The notes: a model not told the origin generated them from the letters alone. Counted from the stretch's first letter, positions 1 to 9,716 are shown. The stretch is DNA of 64,000 nucleotides from an uncultured Gemmatimonadales bacterium (GCA_963798845.1 CAWCUS010000006.1:448001-512000); one strand, 5' to 3'. Numbers and translations: made by a program.

Positions 1-1
1 G

Positions 2-2875
2 GCCTCGCTGCCGGAGCAGGATCCTGGCGCGGTCGCCGCGGACGCTCATGAGCAGGACGCTCCACAGCTCGTCGAGGGTGGCCAGCGGCTCGATGAAGCG
101 GATCGCCTCATCGATCCGCGCGAGCCGCGAGGCGGTGGGCTCGTCGCCGTCCGGCTGCTTGAGACGGGCGACCCGGGTCATGGCCATGGCCGGGAGGTGG
201 TCGATCTCGTCGGCGAGCTGCACCACCCGGTCCCACCGGTCGCGCAGGGCGTCCGTGCCCAGCCCGGGGACATCGGCGGCGAGGCGGATGAGAGCGACGG
301 CGGCGAGCAGGCGGACGTCGTCCGGTTCGTCGGACAGGCGGTTCTGGGCGTCGAGCCAGAGCCCGGCGTTCCGCTCGTCGTCGGGCTGAAGGGAGAACCA
401 GGCATCGAGGAGGCGGTCGGTGAGGGATCCCTCGCCGGGCACCGGGTCGAGGGTGACCCACGGATCCCCGATCATCACGGTCGAGCCCCACAGCATCGGG
501 TGCACGCCGCTCTCCGCCATCCCTTTCCTGGCGCGGCGCAGAGCCTCGCCGAGCGGGTGCTGTTCGGCCTGGCGGTAGAACTCGAGGGCGAGGTCGGAGG
601 CTGCGGAATCCTCTACGGGAAGCAGGTTGGCGACGCAGGCCGGGGCGCCCGCCTCCACGAGCGTGTGGGCGATCCCGCGGCTGATCCCGGCGCCGATGTA
701 CCGGGTCCGGCCGAGGCTGCACGTGTTGAGGAACACGACCGGGAGGTGGGGGAATCGCCGCTCGAGCAGGTGGTCGACCGTGAGCCGGCTGTCGTCGGCC
801 AGCACCAGCGCCTCCTCGCCGGCCACGACTCCGTGAGCGGCGATGTGGGCGTGGGCGACCAGCGGCAGCCGGTCGACCAGGAACTCGCCCGACAGCCGGT
901 CCTCGGCGATCTCGGGAGCGTCCCACCCGTGCCCCGACAGCGTCTCCCGAACGGTGGCGACCTCGGTCCTGGAAAGGGGCAGCTCGTCCCAGCCATGAAC
1001 CCGCGAAGCCGAGAGCAGCAGGGCCCGGCGGTGCGGCACGCGGGTGGACAGCCGCTCCACCGAGCGGGTGAGGGCGCGGACGGAAACGAAGCGGGCGACG
1101 ACGTGGCCGACCCCGAGATAGACGTCGCCGTCGTGGAGCAGCTCGAGCGCGACGTGGCTGGCGCCGCGGAAGTCCGGTGCAACGAGGAGCGTAGGGTGCC
1201 GCGCGATGGCATCCCGGAGCTCGGATGGGAGGAGGTCGTGGGCCGTCCGGCCGAGGTCTGCGATCCGGTCGCCGGGTGGCAGGTCGCCGGTGAGCTGGAC
1301 GAGGCCGGCGTCCTCGTCGAGCGCCCGTACCAGCTCGGACATCGCGTCCACGAATGCGACAGGGGCCTCGAACGCCCGGAGCGGCGAGTCCGGGTCGCCG
1401 GACGCGCAGAAGAACGTGCACCCGTCGCGGTGCTCCTGCTGCACCAGGGCCAGGGCGTCCGGGCGGTCGCGGAGGGCGTGAGCGATGCGCTGGAGCCGGT
1501 CGGCGGCGAGGAGCATGGCGGCGGCCGGGTCGTCCGAAGGCTCACCCTCGCCCGGCACGGGGTCGCCATCGAAGGGCTCGCCCGGGATCCGTGTGAGCCG
1601 CGTGCCGCGGAGCGCATCGAGGAGCACGGCGAGGCGGGTGCGGTGCCGAGGACCCGGATCCGCTTCCCAGGCGGTCCGGGCGCACCGCACGGATCGGGCG
1701 ACGGCGTCGTCGAAGAGGCTGCGCACGCGGAGGTCGTCCAGGGGATGGTCGGGGTGCTCCAGCAGGTCCCGGAGGGCGTCCAGGAAGGCCGCGGCGAAGG
1801 GCTCTGCATCGACCTCCTCCGGCAGGGAGCGCAGCATGGTCCCGCTCACGAACGCGTACGCCAGGGGGTCCACGATCCCGCCGAGCGCATCCTGAAGCCT
1901 ACGTCCCCACCCGGCGGCGCGGTCGGATCCGGCATGAGCGGAAGCGATCAACGCTGAATGGAGCACCGCGTCCCAGTCGTCGGGGCGGCCGCGCGCGGTG
2001 CCGACGCGCTCGACGAGGAGGGCGGCGGCCTCCGTCGCGTCCGTGTCGGGCAGGCCCGTGACCAGCGGGGCGAAGTCGATCGGGCTTGCGTCGTCGGGGA
2101 TGCCGCAGGCCCGGACGGTCGCCCACAGGTCGGCGGCGAGCGCCGGCGGTACCCCGTCGACGAGGGCGAGGGCCCGGGCCCGATTCAGGGCGTTGCGCGA
2201 GACGACGGCGCGGACCTGGTGGGCGGCGAGCATCAGGACCTGCTGCGCCGCGGGTGAGGCGGTCACCGCGTCACCGAAGAGCATGCGGACCAGCGCCATG
2301 CTCGTCTCGACCAGCCGATCGGCGTCGAGAGCGATGGGGTCGAGGGCGTCGGCCGCGCGCTCGTATGCCCGCGCTGCCTGGCGGTTGTCCAGGGCGAGCT
2401 CGGCAAGGGAGCCCTGAAGGTGCCATCGGAAGCCGGTGACGTACGGTCGGGCGCTCCCGGCCACCTCGATCTCCTCCAGCAGCGCCCCCGCCCGACCGAC
2501 CGCCTCGTACCCGTCGAAGCGGGCCTGGCGCCGCAGGTCGGCTTCCGCCTGGTAGAGGTGGAGCAGCACCCGTGCCGCACCACTCTCCGGGTCGTCATCG
2601 GACAGGAAAGGGTCCGCGAGCACACCGACCCGGGCGAGGGCCGCCACCGCGTCGGGGCCGGCTGCCATGCGGGCGTTGAAACAGGCCGTCAGCGCGATCC
2701 GGTGGACCTGTCTCGCGTAGTCGGGGGCGCGCTCGAGGAGGTGCTCGAGGCTCTGAGCGGCTTCCACGAGCAGGTCATCGCGGCTCCGGCCCGACTCGAT
2801 CCAGCTCTGGAGCGAGGAATTGAAGCGCTGGAGCCAGACCTGACCTTCAAGGCTGCGGGGATCGGAGCTCGGCAT
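2..2875 (-). CDS. Helical/TPR-like CHAT-domain (caspase-like) protease, >958 aa, 3' end runs off the window
   Basis: Manual minus-strand translation from ATG 2875 (GAGGAAGG upstream): MPSSDPRSLEGQVWLQRF... CHAT motifs AHIAAHG (His codon 833-835), PVVFLNTCSLG (Cys codon 719-721), ACVANLLPVEDSAASDLALEFY and HPMLWGSTVMIGDP. The + ORFs 197..1957 and 2420..2899 are its antisense shadows. Confidence 0.85.
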   Translation of the reverse strand, partial: MPSSDPRSLEGQVWLQRFNSSLQSWIESGRSRDDLLVEAAQSLEHLLERAPDYARQVHRIALTACFNARMAAGPDAVAALARVGVLADPFLSDDDPESGAARVLLHLYQAEADLRRQARFDGYEAVGRAGALLEEIEVAGSARPYVTGFRWHLQGSLAELALDNRQAARAYERAADALDPIALDADRLVETSMALVRMLFGDAVTASPAAQQVLMLAAHQVRAVVSRNALNRARALALVDGVPPALAADLWATVRACGIPDDASPIDFAPLVTGLPDTDATEAAALLVERVGTARGRPDDWDAVLHSALIASAHAGSDRAAGWGRRLQDALGGIVDPLAYAFVSGTMLRSLPEEVDAEPFAAAFLDALRDLLEHPDHPLDDLRVRSLFDDAVARSVRCARTAWEADPGPRHRTRLAVLLDALRGTRLTRIPGEPFDGDPVPGEGEPSDDPAAAMLLAADRLQRIAHALRDRPDALALVQQEHRDGCTFFCASGDPDSPLRAFEAPVAFVDAMSELVRALDEDAGLVQLTGDLPPGDRIADLGRTAHDLLPSELRDAIARHPTLLVAPDFRGASHVALELLHDGDVYLGVGHVVARFVSVRALTRSVERLSTRVPHRRALLLSASRVHGWDELPLSRTEVATVRETLSGHGWDAPEIAEDRLSGEFLVDRLPLVAHAHIAAHGVVAGEEALVLADDSRLTVDHLLERRFPHLPVVFLNTCSLGRTRYIGAGISRGIAHTLVEAGAPACVANLLPVEDSAASDLALEFYRQAEQHPLGEALRRARKGMAESGVHPMLWGSTVMIGDPWVTLDPVPGEGSLTDRLLDAWFSLQPDDERNAGLWLDAQNRLSDEPDDVRLLAAVALIRLAADVPGLGTDALRDRWDRVVQLADEIDHLPAMAMTRVARLKQPDGDEPTASRLARIDEAIRFIEPLATLDELWSVLLMSVRGDRARILLRQRG

Positions 2876-3578
2876 GGCGGCCTTCCTCGCTTGGGCTGAC
2901 CGGTGCGGCGCGGTCGAGTTGTATCTCGAAGCTGAACGACAGGTCCTTGATCCGGTATTCGCCGGCCTCGGGATGTCGTCCGAGGCCGAAGCGGTCGCGG
3001 TACTGGAGGAAGGACGTGCGGTAGAGCCCGATGGTGTTGCCGGTCAGCTGATGGAGCAGCTGGGCCGACAGGTTGCCGAGCGTGGTGGCCGCGCTGGCGG
3101 CGGCGACGATGGCCGTGGCGTGCGGCGCGGCCGCGGTCAGCGCCAGGATCGTGGTGGCGGCGCTGCGGAAGTCGTCGGACCCGAGCCGGTCCTTCAGGAG
3201 GGCCGCCAGGTCCCGCGTGTCGCCTCGATCCCGCGACACCGTGACGAAGATGTCCAGGAAGTGGCGAGGCTTGCCGTAGAAGACGAGCAGGCCCGTGTCG
3301 CCGATCGGCAGCCGGTCGCCATCGCTCACCCGTCCGAAGCGGTGCGTCCCGGGCTCGTAGAACTGCTGTTCCTCGCCGTCCCGACCGGGCCCGTGAACCA
3401 CCAGGGTGTCGATGCGAATGTCCGCATCGCCGAACCACTTCCTGTTGTCGTGGATCGTGATCTCCTGGAGCCGCACGGCGAGGTTCGCGGCACCGCGGGT
3501 GTGCGCGGGTGCACCCCGCACCGGCTGCGGGATCGCGTCTGCGTCGACCGGACGGGAATCATCGATCAACCAGTCCAT
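2847..3578 (-). CDS. Hypothetical 243-aa protein, beta-rich with a central uncharged helical hairpin; partner of the CHAT gene
   Basis: Within ORF 2847..3680. ATG 3578 is preceded by GGAG. Protein-like composition (MDWLIDDSRP...LAVRLQEITIHDNRKWFG). The 3' end overlaps the CHAT start by 29 nt. Confidence 0.8.
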   Translation of the reverse strand: MDWLIDDSRPVDADAIPQPVRGAPAHTRGAANLAVRLQEITIHDNRKWFGDADIRIDTLVVHGPGRDGEEQQFYEPGTHRFGRVSDGDRLPIGDTGLLVFYGKPRHFLDIFVTVSRDRGDTRDLAALLKDRLGSDDFRSAATTILALTAAAPHATAIVAAASAATTLGNLSAQLLHQLTGNTIGLYRTSFLQYRDRFGLGRHPEAGEYRIKDLSFSFEIQLDRAAPVSPSEEGRHAELRSPQP

Positions 3579-3761
3579 GGGGATCTCCGGAAGAGGGTGA
3601 GGGAACCGGCCGGGGGCCCACCGTCGGGCGGAGCCGTATCGGGGGAGACGGCATTCTGGCGACCATAACGAGCCGCTCACGGGGGCGCCAGCTTCACGGC
3701 GCCGTCCGCACGAGGAGGCCCTGCAGCCCCGCCTGGCGGGGCAGCGGTCATTCGCCGCCCG

Positions 3762-4574
3762 CTAGAACCCGCCGATCCCGAAGTAGTACGCCAGGATGAC
3801 GGCACCGAAGAGGATCCGGTACCAGGCGAAGCCGCGGAAGTCGTGATTCCCGACATAGGAGAGCAGCCAGCGGACCACGAGCAGGCCGGAAACGAACGAC
3901 ACGATGAAGCCCACGGCGAAGACGCCGGCATCCCCCGGGTGCAGCCCGGCTCGGCCCTGATACAGGTCGTACAGGGTGGCGGCGAACATGACCGGGATGG
4001 CGAGAAAGAAGGAGAACTCGGTGGCGGCGACGCGGGAGCAGCGGAGCGCCATGGCGCCCATGATGGTGGCGCCGGAGCGGGACACGCCCGGAAAGAGGGC
4101 GAGCACCTGGGCGAAGCCAATGCCGAGGGCGGTGCGGGGACGGATCTCGGTGGCCTCTTCGGTCGTCGGCGCCGGTCGGAACCGCTCGACCAGCAGGATC
4201 CCGATCCCGCCGACGATGAGCGCGGCTGCGACGGTGATCGGGTTGAAGAGGTACTCGAGGATGTAGTCGTGGATGGCGAGGCCGATCACCGCGGCGGGGA
4301 GGAAGGCGAGCAGCAGGTTCCAGAGGAAGATCCTGTCTCTGCGGTTCCCGACCCAGTGCAGCGCCACGTCCAGGAGCATGCGGCGGTAGAACCAGACCAC
4401 GGCGAGGATCGCGCCCAGCTGGATGAAGATCGCGAACGTCTTGGCGCGCTCGTCTTCCCAGCGCAGCAGGTGCTCCGCGAGGATCAGGTGCCCGGTCGAG
4501 GACACGGGGATGAACTCGGTGGCCCCCTCCACCAGCCCGAGGATCACCGCCTTCAGGTACAGGATCGGGTCCAT
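3762..4574 (-). CDS. uppP: Undecaprenyl-diphosphate phosphatase (BacA/UppP)
   Basis: ILGLVEGATEFIPVSSTGHL and PGVSRSGATI motifs; polytopic membrane protein. Confidence 0.95.
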   Translation of the reverse strand: MDPILYLKAVILGLVEGATEFIPVSSTGHLILAEHLLRWEDERAKTFAIFIQLGAILAVVWFYRRMLLDVALHWVGNRRDRIFLWNLLLAFLPAAVIGLAIHDYILEYLFNPITVAAALIVGGIGILLVERFRPAPTTEEATEIRPRTALGIGFAQVLALFPGVSRSGATIMGAMALRCSRVAATEFSFFLAIPVMFAATLYDLYQGRAGLHPGDAGVFAVGFIVSFVSGLLVVRWLLSYVGNHDFRGFAWYRILFGAVILAYYFGIGGF

Positions 4575-4770
4575 GCTCGCTCCGGTTCCGCTCCGCGGCC
4601 CGCAATCTCGCCCCCGAAGCGGCCGTCCACCAGCCGACCGGTCCACCCCGGGGTGGGCCGAGCGGGTGCGCAAGCACGATGCCGCGGCCCGGTCCGGCCC
4701 GGAACCTTACGCCCTCCCGACGGTTCTATCCCGTGCGAGATGGGCGATCTGACAGCAGCGGACGGCGACG

Positions 4771-5295
4771 ATGCACCGAAGCGCGTACGAGGCGGGGCGG
4801 ACGTTCGAGGAGTTCCTGGCGTCGGCCTCGTCGAACCGGGAGATGTGGGAGGGGCTGGCGGCGAGGGCCCGGGTATCCGACGCGGAGGTGGCGCGCTGCG
4901 CGGCGATCGAGGGCGAGTGGAAGCTGTTGGCGCTGGCGGAGGACTGGTGTGGCGACGCGGTGAACGCTCTGCCCGTGATCGCTCGCCTGGCGGACGCGGC
5001 GCCCAACCTGTCGCTCCGGATCGTGGGGCGGGAGGAGTTCCCTGGCCTCATGGAGCGCCACCTGACGACCGGCACCCGGTCGATCCCGGTCGTGGTGCTT
5101 CTCGATGGCGAGGGCCAGCCCCACGGGTGGTGGGGCCCACGGCCGCGCGCCCTGCAAGCGTGGTTCGAGGCGGAGGGCCGGACGCTGCCGAAGGACGTGC
5201 GCTATCGGGAGCTGCGCCGCTGGTACGCCCGCGACCGCGGCGCCGCCGTCGCCCGGGAGGTGGTGGACCTGCTCGCCGCCTCCGTGAGCACGTAG
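4771..5295 (+). CDS. Thioredoxin-family protein (Thioredoxin_9-like)
   Basis: LALAEDWCGDA, TRSIPVVV and WGPRP motifs. Confidence 0.85.
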   Translation: MHRSAYEAGRTFEEFLASASSNREMWEGLAARARVSDAEVARCAAIEGEWKLLALAEDWCGDAVNALPVIARLADAAPNLSLRIVGREEFPGLMERHLTTGTRSIPVVVLLDGEGQPHGWWGPRPRALQAWFEAEGRTLPKDVRYRELRRWYARDRGAAVAREVVDLLAASVST

Positions 5296-7097
5296 AAATC
5301 GGGATCCACCCGGAACGCGTCCGGCGACGGCAGGCTCACCGTCGCTTCTCGCCACTCCCCCGTCACCGGCAGGATCCAGCCGAAGCGGCCCGGGGCCAGG
5401 GTCACCCGGATGGGCATGGCGAACTCCTTCACGTCCGCCTTCCAGCGATAGCGCAGCGTGCTCCCGTCGAGCATGTACTCCAGCGTGGGCGGCTGCGTGT
5501 GGCGCAGGTACTGGTCGAACACGGGACCCAGGTCCAGCCCGGCGCGCTCGCTGATGTAGTCCTCGATCTGGCGGGTCGTGACGGTCCGGTAGCCGAACGT
5601 CTCCTGGAGGCCGCGCAGGATCCGACGCCAGCGGACGTCGTCGTCCACCAGCTGCCGGATCGTGTGCAGCATGTTCCCGCCCTTGTAGTACATGTCGCCG
5701 GAGCCCTCGGTGTTCACGCCGTAGGGCCCGATGATCGGGCGGTCGTTCTGGATGCGGGCGCGGGTGCCCCTGACGTACTCGGCGGCCGCCTGCTTCCCGT
5801 ACAGGCACTCGGTATAGAGGCTCTCGGCGTAGTTGGCGAAGGACTCGTGGACCCACATGTCCGCGATGTCCTTGCTCGTGATGCTGTTCCCCCACCACTC
5901 GTGGGCGCTCTCGTGGACGATGATGAAGTCCCAGAGCAGCCCCCAGCCGGTGCCGGACAGGTCGCGGCCCAGATAGCCGTTCTGGAAGTGGTTGCCGTAC
6001 GCCACCGCGGTCTGGTGCTCCATGCCCAGGTGGGGCGCCTCCACCAGCTTGTAGCTGTCGGCGTAGAACGGGTACGGACCGAACCAGTGCTCGAAGCAGC
6101 GGAGCATGGGCTTCACCTGGACGAACTGCTTCTTCGCCTGCTCCAGGTGCGCGGCCAGCACCCAGAAATCGAGGTCGAGCGCTCCGTTCTCCCCGGCGAA
6201 GGTGTCGCCGAAGTGGACGTAGTCCCCGGCGTTCACGGCCACGTCGTAGTTGTTGATGGGGCTCGAGACGAACCAGGTGTACGACGTCGTCCCGTCCGCG
6301 TGCTCCTCCGTCTCCCGCAGCCGCCCGTTGGACACGTCCACCATGCCCGAGGGCACGGTGATGCGAACCCGCATGCTGTCCGGCTCGTCCGACTGGTGGT
6401 CCTTGTCGGGCCACCAGATGCTGGCGCCCACACCCTGGTTGGCCGTGGCGACCCACGGCTTCCCGTTCGGGTCTGTGGCCCAGATGAACCCGCCATCCCA
6501 CGGCGCATTCTCGGCCACGCGCGGCTTCCCATGGTAGTAGACCGTCACGCGCCCGGTGCTCCCGACTGCCGCCGCACCCGGAATCCGGACGAAGAAGGCA
6601 TTCCCGTCTCGCCGGTAGCCCAGGCGAAGCCCGCCCTGGACCATGCTGTCCACCACCAGCGGGGTCATGAGGTCGATCTGCATCTCGCTCGGCGCGCCGG
6701 TCACGGTGTACGTGATCGTGTTCGAGCCGGCGATGGAGGAGTCGGCGGGGCTCACGCGCACATCGAGGTCATAGAACGAGACGTCCCACCACGCGCGCTC
6801 GGGCGTGACGCTGCCCCGCAGCGTATCGGCGTGGGTGAACGCGGGCTGCTGCTGCGCCGCCGCCGGCGAGATGGCTGCGGCCAGCGTGAGACCCGCCGCG
6901 ACGGCCAGGGTGAAGCCCGCGCCGACCGCCACGGTGGGTCCGGCCGCCAGCGTTCGCCGCGTCGCCGGCGTTCGCCGCGCCCCCGGCGTTCGCCGCGTCG
7001 CCAGCGTTCGCCGCGTCGCCGTGGATCGGGTGTCGGGGCGTCTGGCCGCTCTCACGGCCGCCGAAAAGGCTCGCATCGTCAGGCCGCTCTCCGTCAT
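5202..7097 (-). CDS. Exported M1-family metalloaminopeptidase
   Basis: C-terminal part of ORF 5202..9740. GMEHQ, HESAHEWWGN...WVHESFA and YYKG motifs. Start is ATG 7097 or 7076. Confidence 0.9.
   Translation of the reverse strand: MTESGLTMRAFSAAVRAARRPDTRSTATRRTLATRRTPGARRTPATRRTLAAGPTVAVGAGFTLAVAAGLTLAAAISPAAAQQQPAFTHADTLRGSVTPERAWWDVSFYDLDVRVSPADSSIAGSNTITYTVTGAPSEMQIDLMTPLVVDSMVQGGLRLGYRRDGNAFFVRIPGAAAVGSTGRVTVYYHGKPRVAENAPWDGGFIWATDPNGKPWVATANQGVGASIWWPDKDHQSDEPDSMRVRITVPSGMVDVSNGRLRETEEHADGTTSYTWFVSSPINNYDVAVNAGDYVHFGDTFAGENGALDLDFWVLAAHLEQAKKQFVQVKPMLRCFEHWFGPYPFYADSYKLVEAPHLGMEHQTAVAYGNHFQNGYLGRDLSGTGWGLLWDFIIVHESAHEWWGNSITSKDIADMWVHESFANYAESLYTECLYGKQAAAEYVRGTRARIQNDRPIIGPYGVNTEGSGDMYYKGGNMLHTIRQLVDDDVRWRRILRGLQETFGYRTVTTRQIEDYISERAGLDLGPVFDQYLRHTQPPTLEYMLDGSTLRYRWKADVKEFAMPIRVTLAPGRFGWILPVTGEWREATVSLPSPDAFRVDPDFYVLTEAASRSTTSRATAAPRSRAYQRRSSR
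6948..7019 (+). repeat. 4 x 18-bp coding tandem repeat (ATRRTL/ATRRTP) in the M1 peptidase signal region
   Basis: Units c(a/g)gcgttcgccgcg(tcg/ccc)c at 6948, 6966, 6984 and 7002. Confidence 0.9.
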
Positions 7098-7099
7098 CG

Positions 7100-9452
7100 T
7101 CAGTTCAATGGCTGCCCGCCGGCGGGCAGGTGGTCGAGGAGGTACCGCGTCAGCAGCGAGTACACGTGGAGCGTGGTCCCCGGTCCTTCGCAGAATGCAG
7201 TGGCTCCGGTTCGGATACGACATGTAGTCGAAGGTCTTCCCGAGTGCGACCAGGCGGTTCACCAGCCGCTCGCTGCCCTGTGCGTGCACGTTGTCGTCGC
7301 CGGTGCCGTGGACCAGGAGGAGATCGCCGCGGAGCCCCTCGGCGAAGTTGATGGGCGACCCGAGGCGGTAGCCGTCCGCGTTGTCCTGCGGCAGACCCAT
7401 GTAGCGCTCCTGGTAGACCGTGTCGTACAGCCGCTGGTCCGGCACGGGCGCCACCGCCATTCCGACGCTGTACACGTCCGGATAGCGGAACATCGCGTTC
7501 AGCGTGGCCGAGCCGCCGCCGCTCCACCCCCAGACCCCTACCCGCGTCGGGTCCAGGTACTGCCGGCTCCGGGTCAGCGCACGCACGGCCTCCGCCTGCT
7601 CGCGGCTCGACAGCACGCCGACCTGGCCGTACACCACCTTGCGCCACGCCCGCCCCTTCGGCGCCGGCGTGCCGCGGTTGTCCACGCTGGCCACGACGTA
7701 GCCCTGATCGGCGAGCATGCGGTGCCACATCCCGGTCCCCCGCTGCCACGCGTCCCTCACCGTCTGCGCCGCCGGCTCCGTGTACACGTGCATCAGGAGC
7801 GGGTACCGCTTCGATGGGTCGAAGTCCTTCGGGAAGATCATCCAGCCGTCCAGAACCACCCCATCGCCGACGTCGATGCGGAAGAACTCCTCCCGCCGTT
7901 CCAGCGCCGGTGCCGCGGCCGCCCTCAATCGATCGTTGGACACGAGCGTTCGGACCACCGTGTGGTCGGGCAGCCGGACCAGGTCGGTCACCGGCGGCTC
8001 GCCGAAGCTGGAGCGGGTGTGCAGCGCCCACCGGCCGCCGGGCGCCTCCTGGTAGGCGTGCGTCCCGGGCTGGTCACCGGGCGTGAGCTGGCGCGCCCGG
8101 CCCCCGGAGATGGGGATGCGGAAGAGGTAGGACCGCGTCGCATCGTCCGGAGACGCCATCACGTCGATCCACCCGGCGACGGGATCCACACCCACCACCG
8201 AGATCACGTCCCACGCTCCGGGCGTCAGCAGCTTCGCGCGCCCTCGGCGATCGACCGCGTAGAGGTGCCGCCAGCCGTCGCGCTCGCTCAGCCAGAGCAT
8301 GCGACGCCCGCCGTCGAGCCACTGCCAGTGGTCAACCACGTCCAGCCACGCGCTGTCCCGCTCGGTGAACATCTCGCGGACCGCACCGGTGGACGCGCTG
8401 GCCAGCATGACCCGGTTCGTGTTCTGGAGCCGGTTCATGCGCTGGAGCACCAGCTCGTCCGGTCCGGACCACTCCATGCGCGGCAGGTAGTCGTCGCGCG
8501 TGTCCCCCGGCAGGTCCAGCCACACCGTCTCGCCTCCGTCCGCCGGGATCACGCCCGCCCGAACCGCGGAGTTCGTGGTGCCCGCCTTCGGGTACTGCAC
8601 CGGGATGGTGAAGGAGTAGAGCGAGTCCGTGTCGTTGATGAGCAGGTAGTCCCGCACGCCGGTCATGTCGAACTGCCAGTACGCGATACGCGACCCGTCG
8701 GGCGACCAGCGGAAGGCATCCCGCAGATCGAGCTCCTCCTCGTACACCCAGTCCGTGGTCCCGTTGACGAGCGTGCGGGAGCCCGTCCGCGTCAGCCGGA
8801 CGGGGTCGCCCGGCGCACCGTCCTCGCCCAGCGACTCGACGTAGAGGTCGCCGCCGCGCACATAGGCGACGCGGTCACCCGAGGGCGAGAACTTGGCGAA
8901 CATGAGGGTGGACGGCGCCGCGTCGGGGCCGCCCAGCCGCGAGAGATGGCCCGTGCGGAGGTCGAGGACCCAGAAGTCGCCCCGGGTGTTGTCGCGCCAG
9001 ACGCGCTCGGAGTTCGTGAACACGAGGAGTCGGCGGCCGTCCGCGGACCAGTGATAGTCGTCCACGGGCAGCGGCGCTTCGCCCGCCGCCGGCACGAGCC
9101 TGGCCGCGGGCACGAAGACCCGCCTGTCTCCCGTCTCAGCATCGTAGCGGACGATGTCGGTGCCAACCCCGTCTGCGGCGGGCTCCAGGGTGGTGTAGCT
9201 GCCCCCGTCCAGCCAGCGCGCCGGGCCAAAGCGGTCCGGGGCGTACGTCGCGGACGCGAAAATGCGCTCCAGCTCCGCTTCCACGGCGGGATCGAGCCCC
9301 TGCTGGCTCCGGCGCACATGCAGCGCGGGCGGCCCGGATGGCGAGCCCCGGGGCGAAGCCTGCTGGGCCTCGAGCGGGTGCACCGCCCCGGCGGCGGGAG
9401 TGGTGGCGAACACGACTGTGGCGGCGAGCGCGGTCAGGAACGAGCGTCGCAT
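7100..9452 (-). CDS. S9B dipeptidyl-peptidase IV family, with a +1 frameshift near 7195
   Basis: DPPIV_N propeller motifs, GWSGGG nucleophile, HGTGDDNVH and YPNRSH. Removing one base at ~7195 gives HCICEGPGTTLHVYSLLTRYLLDHL...N* ending at 7100. RRSFL signal peptide. Confidence 0.9.
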
Positions 9453-9533
9453 GCGTTTTCCCGGCATCGGAGTCGGCAGGGCTTCGGGGTCACCCACTGG
9501 TATCATTCCGCGGCGCCCGCCGCCAGCCGCGCC

Positions 9534-9675
9534 GCCCTCGTCGGGCGGCCGGCCGGGGCGCGTGTCGGGCCCTCGTCGGGCGGCCGGCCGGGGCGCGTGT
9601 CGGGCCCTCGTCGGGCGGCCGGCCGGGGCGCGTGCCGGGCCCTCGTCGGGCGGCCGGCCGGGGCGCGCGTCGGGG
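9534..9675. repeat. 4 x 35-bp intergenic tandem repeat
   Basis: Unit gccctcgtcgggcggccggccggggcgcgtgtcgg at 9534, 9569, 9604 and 9639. Confidence 0.9.
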
Positions 9676-9716
9676 CCCGGCCAGAACGGGTGGAGGGGGG
9701 CTGTATCTCGCCGCCG

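Noticed and set aside
2847..3578. Bacterial gasdermin call for the CHAT partner
   Set aside because: Size and context fit, but the protein has no cysteine (no N-terminal palmitoylation site) and has a hydrophobic helical segment rather than a recognisable gasdermin pattern. Left unassigned pending a structure search.
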